Part shown: one piece after another, positions 10,082 through 20,300 of the stretch
Numbering within the stretch: the first letter of the stretch is position 1
Layout of the letters: each line of letters begins with the position of its first letter
From: a virus
Taxonomy: Duplodnaviria; Caudoviricetes
Direction: 5' to 3' (one strand)
DNA: 64,000 bases
IMG/VR virus record: IMGVR_UViG_3300029288_004596
Location: 32,001 to 96,000 of that record
Position numbers and translations under genes: made by a program
The notes under the pieces: generated by a model
What the model saw: the letters and a program-made list of their open reading frames with translations, nothing else
Databases searched by the model: none
What the model was told of the DNA's origin: nothing

Positions 10082-13054
10082 TTATTTACCCCAGGCAGGG
10101 TAACAGCACTTCTTATATTTCTTCTTGCTTCCACATGGGCAGAGGTCGTTTCTTCCTATCTTCATATCCACATCAACGCCAGACCCTGTGTTTCCTTTCA
10201 TAGCCTGCAGTCTTATATCTTCCCAGGTCTCCACCCACTTGTGTATCTGGGTAGAGTAGGAGTTGTTGTCTAGGATTCTTTCTCTACCAGCTTCTCCAGT
10301 TTCTTTTCTGAACTTCTCATCCTCTATTAACCTGGAGAGATGCTGTTCCCATTCATATGGGGTGTCAGCTGTAAAGGCTCCAGGACCTTCATTTACAAAT
10401 CTCTGATAGGGGGCTATCCTCGCTCCCACTATGGGTATACCCCAGGCAAGGTGCTCCTCGAATTTAAGAGAAGAGTTATGGGTCACAAAACCATTGGCTG
10501 TAAAGTAACCATCGCTTGTCTGTATATCTATAGGTTCTATCTCTTCTGGTTCTATAGACACTATTTCTTTGGCAAAACTTATAGGTTTAGAGTGGTTGGA
10601 CCATTTTTTCTGTAGACTACTCTCTGCAGTAGTCCTCTTCCTTCTTCCTATGAATCCTATGTCTCTACAGAAAATCTCTCTTTCCTCTCTTGGGAGTAGC
10701 AAGTTCCAGTATATATTTCCCTTATAGGTTCCAGTGCCTACAACTCTTTTTGACAACTTTGCTGTTATCCCAAACCCTAAGAGGAGAAGCTGCACATCTT
10801 CCATCATCTTCTTGTACTTGCTTACTATTTGGATGCTTCCATTTTTAGTTGCTGTTCCATCACTCTCAAAGTACGCCGCTAAGAAATTAGCCACTACAGA
10901 CTTCGGAGACTTGAAGATAATATCTGGGACACATACATTTCTTTTTCTTCCCCATCCCTTGGCTTTAGCTAATCCTAAGTGCTCAAGTATATCTACTAGA
11001 TTTCTTGACGAGACTATCAACTCCTTGCAGTTGACTAGTTGTTTATCAAAGGTGTATTTATCTTTCTTGATCATAGCTAGTCCTAAATGAGAAGCTGTGA
11101 TTGTCACATCTTCAATAACATCCTCGTCCTTGGAGTCACATGTTATTATTGTGTGTCCACCATTTATGGATCCATCCCCAGCTATGTATCCCATTAATCT
11201 CCCCCAGTTTTCGTCTATCTTTACTATGGGACAGCTAATCCCAGACATAGAATAGTTGTCTAGGGAGTTCTTAGAGTGTCTAGTTAATAACAAAGGCCAA
11301 CCAAACTCTTGATATTCTGAATTAAACCTCATGCGAGAGAGTAGTAGGGTATCACCTACTGCTAAGTTTTCTACAGTAACATCTCCTTTAGGAGTTGGGA
11401 ACCTATGTTCTTTAGTTGCTAATACACTAAACCCATAGTCTGTAGTTATCCTATAACCTATCTGCTTTGGTTGTCTCTCTATGGCTTCTATGTCAGTCCA
11501 GTGATCTTTGTTCCATATCATGTCTCCCACATTAGCTTCATGGAGACTTATCATCCCATTGTCTGTAGATACTCTAGTGTTTTTGTCTAGACACTTCGAG
11601 ACATTAAATGACGAAAATGCTAACGGAGCCACTCCAATATCAAAGTGCGTTAACATCTCAGGGTATCTATCCAAGGGAGCTGGGGGCAGTATGATAATTC
11701 TGTCTCCAAAGTCCCTCATTTCTTTGTTAGCCATGAACATAGACGCCATGTCAGGAGAGGTCTGCAAAGCGAACTTGACATGGGGGTACTTGTTCAACAC
11801 CATCTTAGCTATAGGCCATATGTAGGGGATGTCCTTCTGGTGAGTGTTCATGCACCAGAAGCTCTTGCCATTTCTCCTGACATAGAGAGTGTGGTTAGGC
11901 ACTGTCACACAGTAGATGTTGCCCTTATAATCTGAGATACTCTGGTGGTCCTTTTCTACTAGGGCCTCTGATTTCTTATTTACTCTTATTGAGTCCCCAA
12001 GGGCGTCAGCTGAGACTCCAGCCTTTAGACACAGTTCTATTACAAAATCTTCAAGCCCCTTGCTAAGGAGCAGTTCATCCTTGTGTTTTATAAAGATGCC
12101 CACTAGTCTCAAGAGTTCTTCAGAGCTATAGGTCAGGACCTCTCTAAGATCCCAGTAGTCTATCACTTTCTTTATTCCCGAGAGCCAGCTGGCTACTCTG
12201 TTTAATAATTGCTCATCTACCTTAGAGGTCCCAGTCCACTTGGCGTTCTTTTTGACGTAGAAGATTTCTCCCCACGCCACCTCAGCCTGCATCTCCGAAT
12301 AGGTTTCCTGCCCATCCAGTCTTATATACATCCAGTGGTTGGGTGTCACTCCGCAGCTTACATATTTGTTGTCTATTTCATGGAGTGGGCCCTTGTATTT
12401 CCTGATCACTATCTCTGAAGGATAGGCGTACTCCAGCTCATGGGTCAGCGGATCCAGGGTGGCTATCTTGTCCTGCATGGTTAGATCCCTGAAGAGTTTG
12501 AATCCCTCTTCAGTCAGCACCTCTGTCAGGTTGTCGTAACAGTTGCCTCCTGACCAACCTACAGTGAGGGCTGGGTCTCTGTTCTCCACCCTCTTGCTCC
12601 AGTTCCTCATCTCCCAGTCAATCGCGTTAGGGAGTACGTACGTATTTCTATTTAGCTTCAGGTAGAAAGCCGCAAGTTCATTGGTTGTGACTGTCAGTCC
12701 GCTGGCGTTAGCTATGGCCTTCTCAGCGTTAGAGAGTTCCTTAGTTCCCTGTTTGTACACTCTATATGCAGGGGAATCCTCATGCACCCCATGAAGGTAG
12801 TCGTCCACCTCATAGATTACTGTCTTGCCTGAATCCCTGGCCATTTCCAGCATCCATAGTATGTCTTCATTATACTGCCTTTGGGCTAGTATATAGTCAG
12901 CAGCCATAAGTTCCTGCTGGTTAACTTGTTTACACCATCTAGCGTTGGCTCCAAGTTTAGCTGCGTATTCTATAGGGCAGCGCACTCTGAGGTATCCGCA
13001 AGCTGAGTCGTCAGCTACAAAGCCTAATATGTTTAGGCCTGCAAGAGAGTTCAT
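10082..13054 (-). CDS. GT-B (GT4-like) glycosyltransferase interrupted by two inteins, with a C-terminal SEC-C motif
   Basis: DDSACGYLRVRCP, ILAQR, IYEVDDYL, VLPNAID, VGWSGG/THQKD, DIGVAP...FN.SK/SSLKFEE...GIPIVG. The C-terminus is GRNDLCPCGSKKKYKKCC. GGAGG precedes the ATG at 13054 (the track start 13066 lies on the RBS). Confidence 0.85.
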   Translation of the reverse strand: MNSLAGLNILGFVADDSACGYLRVRCPIEYAAKLGANARWCKQVNQQELMAADYILAQRQYNEDILWMLEMARDSGKTVIYEVDDYLHGVHEDSPAYRVYKQGTKELSNAEKAIANASGLTVTTNELAAFYLKLNRNTYVLPNAIDWEMRNWSKRVENRDPALTVGWSGGNCYDNLTEVLTEEGFKLFRDLTMQDKIATLDPLTHELEYAYPSEIVIRKYKGPLHEIDNKYVSCGVTPNHWMYIRLDGQETYSEMQAEVAWGEIFYVKKNAKWTGTSKVDEQLLNRVASWLSGIKKVIDYWDLREVLTYSSEELLRLVGIFIKHKDELLLSKGLEDFVIELCLKAGVSADALGDSIRVNKKSEALVEKDHQSISDYKGNIYCVTVPNHTLYVRRNGKSFWCMNTHQKDIPYIWPIAKMVLNKYPHVKFALQTSPDMASMFMANKEMRDFGDRIIILPPAPLDRYPEMLTHFDIGVAPLAFSSFNVSKCLDKNTRVSTDNGMISLHEANVGDMIWNKDHWTDIEAIERQPKQIGYRITTDYGFSVLATKEHRFPTPKGDVTVENLAVGDTLLLSRMRFNSEYQEFGWPLLLTRHSKNSLDNYSMSGISCPIVKIDENWGRLMGYIAGDGSINGGHTIITCDSKDEDVIEDVTITASHLGLAMIKKDKYTFDKQLVNCKELIVSSRNLVDILEHLGLAKAKGWGRKRNVCVPDIIFKSPKSVVANFLAAYFESDGTATKNGSIQIVSKYKKMMEDVQLLLLGFGITAKLSKRVVGTGTYKGNIYWNLLLPREEREIFCRDIGFIGRRKRTTAESSLQKKWSNHSKPISFAKEIVSIEPEEIEPIDIQTSDGYFTANGFVTHNSSLKFEEHLAWGIPIVGARIAPYQRFVNEGPGAFTADTPYEWEQHLSRLIEDEKFRKETGEAGRERILDNNSYSTQIHKWVETWEDIRLQAMKGNTGSGVDVDMKIGRNDLCPCGSKKKYKKCCYPAWGK
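10475..11593 (-). mobile_element. Intein 2 (373 aa) with LAGLIDADG homing endonuclease
   Basis: Begins CLDKNTRV; block B ATKEHRF; LAGLIDADG-type LMGYIAGDG and FLAAYFESDG; ends FTANGFVTHN followed by +1 Ser. Confidence 0.9.
11846..12541 (-). mobile_element. Intein 1 (232 aa, no intact homing endonuclease) in the glycosyltransferase
   Basis: Begins CYDNLTEVLT after WSGGN; block B VTPNHWMY; ends YCVTVPNHTLYVRRNGKSFWCMN followed by +1 Thr. Confidence 0.85.
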
Positions 13055-13067
13055 ATTGTCCTCCAAG

Positions 13068-13460
13068 TTATCTAGTTATGCTGTAGTTTCCGTTTGATAA
13101 ATCTATGGTTCCGTATATTGAATAGTTCTTGGTTCCGTGATACTGCGTTACGAGGATAAGGGTTGTGGAATTCAAAGGAGAGCACCTGACATCTATCTGG
13201 TCTTCTGTCAGGAATCCATCATGAGTTAGAGCGGCTATAGCCACAGACTCCACGTACTTACCTGTGGATTCTATATTGGGGAGTCCTATGACATCTTCAA
13301 GAGGAGTTCCGCAGTTAGGTTCCAGAATCCAGTCTCCCTTGTAGGTTCTCAGTCTAAAGAGTATGTTATCCACAATAACATCGTCGTCTCTAACTACAAA
13401 GAGATCCCCATCCGGTCCCACTTCCAGGTCCCCATATTCGTTCAAGTGAATGTCTTTCAT
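13068..13460 (-). CDS. gp25/gpW-like baseplate wedge (sheath initiator) protein (130 aa)
   Basis: DI.L...GDL....GDL, ILFRLRTYKGDW..EPNCG; size and position. Confidence 0.8.
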   Translation of the reverse strand: MKDIHLNEYGDLEVGPDGDLFVVRDDDVIVDNILFRLRTYKGDWILEPNCGTPLEDVIGLPNIESTGKYVESVAIAALTHDGFLTEDQIDVRCSPLNSTTLILVTQYHGTKNYSIYGTIDLSNGNYSITR

Positions 13461-13933
13461 AAATTCTTTAGAATCTCCCCTAGAGCCTTTACCTCTCTTA
13501 TCTCTTTTGGAGGCAGAGGTTTGTATAGTGGCTCATTTACAAGTTTATCTGACAAAGTCTTAAACACAGTCCCTATGTCCATTCTGGTGGCAGGGTCTGT
13601 GGTGTTATAAGTCTTGGCTATTTCCAGTACAGCCTGTACTAATGGAGTGTAGATCTTCAGCCAGGCTGGGTTGAGTTTATAATCATTGATAGTTATGTTA
13701 TTTAGATTAGTGGTGGTTACATTCTTTGAGGAGTTGGAGTACTGGATATTGGAATCAAAAGTTATCTGGTTATTGGCAGAATCCAGTATAATAGCGCAGT
13801 CCCCGGCCTGCAACACAGCACACCCATCGTCCCTGAGGTCCAGCCTTACTCCTGATTTCTGGTTGACAAAGCTTATCTGTTCTTCAGACGCATACTGTTT
13901 TTCTCTGGTTAAAGTCTCTAAGTCCTTTGTCAT
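13457..13933 (-). CDS. Putative baseplate spike-associated protein (158 aa)
   Basis: Short beta-strand repeats (SGVRLDLRDDG...AIILDS); lies between the spike OB-fold gene and gp25. Confidence 0.45.
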   Translation of the reverse strand: MTKDLETLTREKQYASEEQISFVNQKSGVRLDLRDDGCAVLQAGDCAIILDSANNQITFDSNIQYSNSSKNVTTTNLNNITINDYKLNPAWLKIYTPLVQAVLEIAKTYNTTDPATRMDIGTVFKTLSDKLVNEPLYKPLPPKEIREVKALGEILKNL

Positions 13934-14292
13934 GGGACAACTATCCTCTTGTCAGTGGCTGTGGGTCTGTTGACATTCCTCAGAGCTTCTTTAGTAATTT
14001 CTGGATGTAGATCAAACACTCCTGTTATAACTGCCTTGCCTATATCTCCATCTATGAAGGATATGGAAACTCCCATTCCTATTCTGGGATTTCTAATCTT
14101 TCCGGATGTCCCATCTGTGGGCCATGGAACTCTTATCTTTCTCTGTCCAGCCACAGTTCTGGAGTTGATCAGCACATCCACCATGCCCTCGGGGGATAGT
14201 GGCACATCCACTATTATCCCATGGGCTCCAGTGGGAAAAGCGTCCAGCGCTTCTCTTGTTCTCTGATCAATTATATCTGAAAACTTAGACAT
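13930..14292 (-). CDS. Baseplate spike OB-fold (gp5/gpV N-terminal-like) protein (120 aa)
   Basis: RVPWP...PRIGMGVSISFIDGDIGKAVITG matches the gp5/VgrG OB pattern P..G..V.V.F..GD...P.I.G. Confidence 0.7.
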   Translation of the reverse strand: MSKFSDIIDQRTREALDAFPTGAHGIIVDVPLSPEGMVDVLINSRTVAGQRKIRVPWPTDGTSGKIRNPRIGMGVSISFIDGDIGKAVITGVFDLHPEITKEALRNVNRPTATDKRIVVP

Positions 14293-14303
14293 CTTATCCT
14301 CGT

Positions 14304-14318
14304 TATATATTATAGCCT
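14304..14318 (-). promoter_or_regulatory. Putative phage promoter motif AGGCTATAATATATA (copy 1)
   Basis: Exact 15-bp match to 22942..22956. Both copies lie in short intergenic gaps in the sense orientation and contain TATAAT. Confidence 0.6.
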
Positions 14319-17300
14319 AGTAGTTAGGGCGAGCATACCAGGATATCCTGCTGGCCTGGCTCTGCAGGGTTCTGGATATCTGGACGTTGCCATTAAGGCA
14401 CTCGTTAAGATATAGGTCTCCCTCTGAGTTTCTGCACACCATAGCGAAGTGCTGTTTGGAAGTTCTGTAATCCAGGGCTATAATATCCCCAGGTTCCAGT
14501 TCATTTGCGCTGGGATACCATTTCTTGTAGCATCTGTCGGAGGCGGCTGTTATCCTGCTGTCTCCCACATCAATGAGTTTTCCACTCTTGTCTTTGGCTC
14601 CCATGACTTTGAGGAGTTGGGTGACATAGTCCCCACAGTCCCCTTCAACCCAGTTTCTCCCATCAAGTCTTTTGTCCAAAGTTGTGGTGAACATTCCCAC
14701 TTCTTTCTTTCCAGAGGTATATGTTCCTAATCGGGGAGCCGCTGGTCTCTGGGGCCCAAGCATCTTAGCTGCGGCAACCTCCCCTCCAGGGAGTCCGCTG
14801 GCCTCTTCATAGTTTATGTCGAACTCATACTCTGGGACGTCAACTCCCACTCCAAATAAAGTAAAGGCCACTGCCCCTTTCAGGAAATCCTTAGTGAAGA
14901 TGCCTCCCAGTCCATAGCTTTCCTGAGCTCTGCTCCAGCCTTCCATCATTCCCTGATTAAGACTGAACTGAGATATTATACTGTCCCAGTATCCTTGGTG
15001 ATCCCCAACTACGCAACCCATGTGTCCATCTATGCCAGCCACCAGTTTTCTTCCCTTGAAAGAAAGAGGAAACAGGATAATGCACTGTCTTCTTATAAGA
15101 TATCTGCCAATCCAGTCAGCTATAGAGTTAGCCACAGCAAACCATATGCCAGCCTTGGTCAGCATCTTGGTTATAGAACCTCTTCTGATATTGCCTAGCC
15201 ACTTGATAGTTCCGCCTCTTATGGCTTGGGCAGACATAGCGTAAACTTCTTCCACTTCCTTAAGTTTTGTGGAAGCTCCTTCAAGAACTTCTTGGGCTGT
15301 CATCATATCTTTGTAGGTTTTAGAGGCTCTAACTGTGGCTTCCGCCGCCTCTGTGGCAGTCTGTTTTCTAGCCACATCTATAACATCCATTGTCTGGAAT
15401 TTAGATTCCTTAGGCAGAGTCTTGGCTCTTAAAGTCTCTACCTTCTTGGAGGCTTTGAGATAAGCCTCATTGGCTTCAGTGTAAGCTTTCCTTGCTGGTT
15501 CCACATCCCTGCCTGTCTGCTGCAGTCTATATAACTTGGCTGCGGTGGACTCATTGGCCGCTAAGGCTTCTTCCTGTTCTTGTATAGTCTTGGTTACATC
15601 ATCTAGCTTCTTTTGCCGATATCTGGCCTTGTTGTATAAACTCTTGGCCTCTTTCTTAGTCTCATCTATTTTCTTCTGGGTCTTCAGGGTTGTGATCTTT
15701 TTCTTCTTAGCAATCCGTTCCTTATCCAGTGTGTCTATGTCTTTTTTTATGTTCTCAGCCACGCTCTTAAGTTTTGATATCTCATTCTTCTGGGTGGCTA
15801 GGGTTTCTATTTCTTTGCCATGTTTAGCTACTAGTCTTCCTATCCTGGTATTCTCTAAGGAAGTCTCCAGTCTATCCCAGAAGTTAGCCACAAAGTCCCA
15901 TACATCAGCTATAGACTCATGTTTGCTTAGGAACTCGCTGAGGCTGGACAGGTTCTTTTCGTTGGACACATATGTCTTAAGCACTTCCCCAATCTTGCCA
16001 TCCGCTATTAGCTTAGTGAACCATTCATCCACCACATCCACAGCCTTGGAGCCTTTGGCCTGTATCTTGAATAACAGTTTTTCCATGGACTCATAGGACT
16101 TGGATCCTTTATAAATTTCTTTCAGATTTCCCATAGTGGCTTTGTAGATAGCGTCCTTGACAGATAGTCCCAAAGTTTTTAGCTCCTGGGAACCCTTGGC
16201 GTCTATCTTTATAAGGAGAGTAAGTAAGGCCTTCCCCAACGCTTCTTGGTTTAGTTGAACAGCGTAAGAAGTCACCAGTCCTCTCAGAGCCATTCCTCCA
16301 GCTATCTTTCTCCCCAGCTGTCCATACCAAGCTATGCCTAGCTGGTCCTGAGCATCTGTGGCTGAAGCCATAATATCTGGGGACACTGTGGAGACTAACC
16401 CAAACTCTGAAGAGAGGTGGTGGGTCACTTCCTTGACCTCTATAGTTCCATGCATGTCTATATGGGTATCTGAAAGATAAATCCTATCATAAGGTTTTAT
16501 GGAGGGGTCTCCCATTATTACCAGGTGCCCATCATACATATCCTTAAGAGCTGTTTTCAGAGAACCCACAGCATAGTTGTTGTCTGGTTTCCTAGTAGTC
16601 CAGCCTATGAATCTGGCTATATCCCACTGTTCTATTCCTTCTATAACATCTTGCGTTTGAGTGGAATATAATCCACTCTTTATGTACATCATCCTCTGGT
16701 ACTCTGGGAATATATCTGTATCCAGGAACCAGGGTTCAGTCCAGTACTGGTGGTTGTCTGTGGTAAACCAGGAGTTGGAGGTTCCCCCAGCCATGCATCC
16801 AGTGTATACCTCAGCGTTAGTTCTTATCTTGTTAGCTATTAGGTTATGCTCTGAGGAGATTATATGGAACTGGGAGAAGGGTTTCCAGTACATTAACTTT
16901 TCAGGGAACTTGCTTATGTCTATATCTTCAGGATTCTTTACTAGACCTTTCATTTCTGAGGTCATGGCTTTTCTAGATGCGGCAAGTATATCAGCTCTAT
17001 ACTCATAGTATACTGGCCAATAAGGCCTGCCATAGAACAAGGTGCTTCTCAATTCAAAGGGATGCACTGCCGCCACATAGTCCATGGTTACCTTGGCGCA
17101 GGTGTCTATAACCTTCCAAGGTGTAGCCTCATCCATCTTTATCCCTATCAGGGATTCAGTGGAGAATCCTCTGCATAGTCCCAGCACATCCAATCTTGTC
17201 CAGAGACTAGACTCTGCGTTAGCCACATCACTTTCCATGCCTTGAGGATCAGCCCTGTAGATGTTGACTCCTATTTCCTGAGTGTGCTTATCCATGGTGG

Positions 17301-20300
17301 CGTAGCTGACTGAGCCGAAGTGGGAGATGCCATAGGGGTTATCATGTCTATACCCACCCTTAGTCACCAGTTCCACTAGTCCTATGGGGGACATAACTTT
17401 GTTTATTATTTCTCTGGGTTCCATAGCACATCCCAGGATAGAGTGACTCTTATAGGAACCTTCCGACATGACGTTGGTCAGTTCTCTACCATCAGATAAA
17501 GCCACCACAGTCAGGTTTTCTTCCTGAGCCGGCTGTTCTGTGATAGTGCCATTGAAGACTACAGGGAGTCTATTACTATTGCTGCCATAGCCAATTCTGA
17601 TATGGACTCGGGCTCCTGGCCTCAGCAGGAGTCTGTTGGCATGCATGCTCCACTGTTCCAGGTAATCAGATGGGGATGGGAAGAGTCCTTGTATGATTCC
17701 TTCTATTATATAGTCGAGACCCCACTTGTAGTTTATCCCTGGAACCATTGGGTTCTCTACTGGAAGACCTGAGAGTCTGCCAAATATATTAGAGAAGCCT
17801 ATGACAGCTGTGTCTATAGGACCTTTCCTGGTCTTGTGTATCTCTATGGACTGCACGGCATTCATCCCATAAAACTTATCATAGAGTCTCCAGAACCTCA
17901 GCCATCTCCCCTCATCCACCAGGAGCAGACAGTAGGTGGGGAATGCTCTCACCAGTCTCCCTACATTGGAGTAGTTCCTCATGTCATAGAGCATATCCAG
18001 CCCATCTTCTCTTAGGAACATCTCGTCTATGGGGAACATCTTGGCTCCCGGCATCTCAGGTTTAGGAGTCTTTCTCAGTTTTTCTTCCTGTCTTTTAGCC
18101 AGAGCCATCTGAGGGACAGAGGTTGTGACATCCACATGGCCTTCCTTAAATCCAAAAGGAGATCTCCCATAGTTTACCGGGATTAAGGTTTCTTCTTTTG
18201 TCTCTTTGGTCTTTAACAGTCCCTTGGCTTTGTCTATGTAGTTTTTAGTTTCGTTGGGAACCTGGGACCTCACAGCTTCCAGCAAACTTTGTTCTGTGGC
18301 TGTGTTGGAAAGATTATCAGTTATTATTCTTTTGACTCTGGTGTCCCCGCAGTTGTAGGCTGCCATGGCCATTATCCAGCACTCATCACTGTCTTTGGGT
18401 ATTCTTCTGCCAGCAGCTTCCCAGACCATGTCTCTTTTCATAGTCAGGTAAGCTAATGACAGATCTGCTGCCATCAAGGGGTCCAGTCTAGGATCGTTGG
18501 GGTCCACTTCGCTCTTGGAGGAATAACCGCTTTTAGTGGAGTAGGAGAGTCTGGAACTTCCCTTAGTGTAGGTTCCTCCACTTCCGCTTTCCACAAAGTT
18601 GTACTTGCCGCTGTACTTTAGGGCAGTGGATAGAGCGCTGTTGCCTAGCTGCCCTAGGCCTATATTATTGTTATGAGTTCCATTGACTACGGTAGAGGCT
18701 CCGCCTTCTATGGATAGCATTACTTTAGCCGGACCCTCAGGCACTCCCCTTTGTTTGATCACTTCATTGAGGTCTTTGGCCTGCAGTCCTATGCTATTGG
18801 CTGCTGTCTCTATGTCTTTGCTGACATTGCTTGTGGAGCTCTCCATATCGGCTTTTATTTTCTTATACTCTTCTTCGTAGTATCCTATCTGAGCTTGGCA
18901 CTTCTCATCAGGTTTCCATTTCCCATTGAAATCCAGGGTGGCTTTGGCTTTGGTAGCGTCTATGAGATTAGAGGTTATCTTAGTTTTGTTCTTCTTGCCA
19001 GCATCATCCCAAGAGAGTTCATCTATTAGTTTCTTTCCAAAGGATACCCATGGAGAACAGTAGAAGTCTGGGTCCACATAGGCGTTAGCGGCGTTGTAAG
19101 TTAGCCTCCCTTCCTTATCAGTGATGCTTGGGAGCAGATACTCTCTTATCTCCTGAGCGGTCCACCTTTCGTCATAGCCCTGTTCCATCATGGTTTGCAT
19201 CCAGACAAAGAGTTCCTTGTATGTGGGGAGTTTCATATCTGGATAAAGTTCCAAGGTTCTCAGTTTGGAGTGCAGTTGTTCAGCTCTGATGGCATGATTG
19301 GATGGGTCATCTGTGGTTCTCTGCAAACCTTCCATGGTATTGCCATACCAGTTTGGGTCATCCATGGGCTTGAGGTTTTCCCTGGAGTTGTTCTCATTTT
19401 CAAACTTCACAAAAGCCAGTTCAAATTTGTGTTCTCCTGGAAATCCTGGCTGAGTCTGTATGGAGCAGTTTATAGGCAGTAGGGAGTCTATTCCTAGTAT
19501 AGCCGCTAGCTCATTGGATATTCTCAGGTAACCTGGATAACCAGTATCTGTTCCAATGCCCTTGCCCTGGTAGGTCCTAACCAGGTAAGTTAGTTTCTCC
19601 ATCATCTGTTTTAGTTTCTTGGCCGCTTCGTCAGATTCCAGGGAACCTGATATTGTGAACACAACGTCCCCAGTCCCCATGCACTGCATAGCCCCTACTT
19701 CATTTCCCTGAGTCTCATGCTTTACTATCTTAGGAGCCATCCCAGCGTTTATCTGTTCTGGTATAAGACCTTCTATTTCTATAGACTCATACTTTATGTC
19801 TTCCATTTCTTTTAGTTTGGTCTGGTATCTATTAGTGGCTTCCTTTAGTTTGTCTTCTCCCTCTCCCTTTTTAGCGTAGGTCTCCACGCCTTTTTTCAGG
19901 ATATTGAAAGCTCCTTTATTGTCGTTTACCTCTTTAAGGTCTACTTCTACCCAGTAAACAGCATGGGATAATCTGAATAGAGTGTTCTGGTCTGCTGTTG
20001 TAGTGGAGGCTCCAGTCCTCCCCAACACTGATTGACCCATAGGAACTGCTACAGCATCCAGGTCTTTCCATAAAGTTTCTAGTTCTGAGTCTGTGAGTTT
20101 AGCGTTGGTGATCTCTAGCTTGCCATGTTTGTCTTTCTTATATCTTAGTCCAGTCTCAGAACTATAGTATACATCGTTTAGGTTTCTGCTAGTGCCACTG
20201 TACACATTCTTTATGGCTCCCTGGGTGTGCAGCAGCTGCAGCCAGTGAGGAGATGTCACTTTCACTATGACTCCCTTTTCCTTGACAGACTTAGTGGTGA

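Noticed and set aside
10082-10165. SEC-C motif as a secA gene fragment
   Set aside because: It is an in-frame C-terminal appendage of the glycosyltransferase; SEC-C is a mobile motif and no SecA ATPase sequence is present
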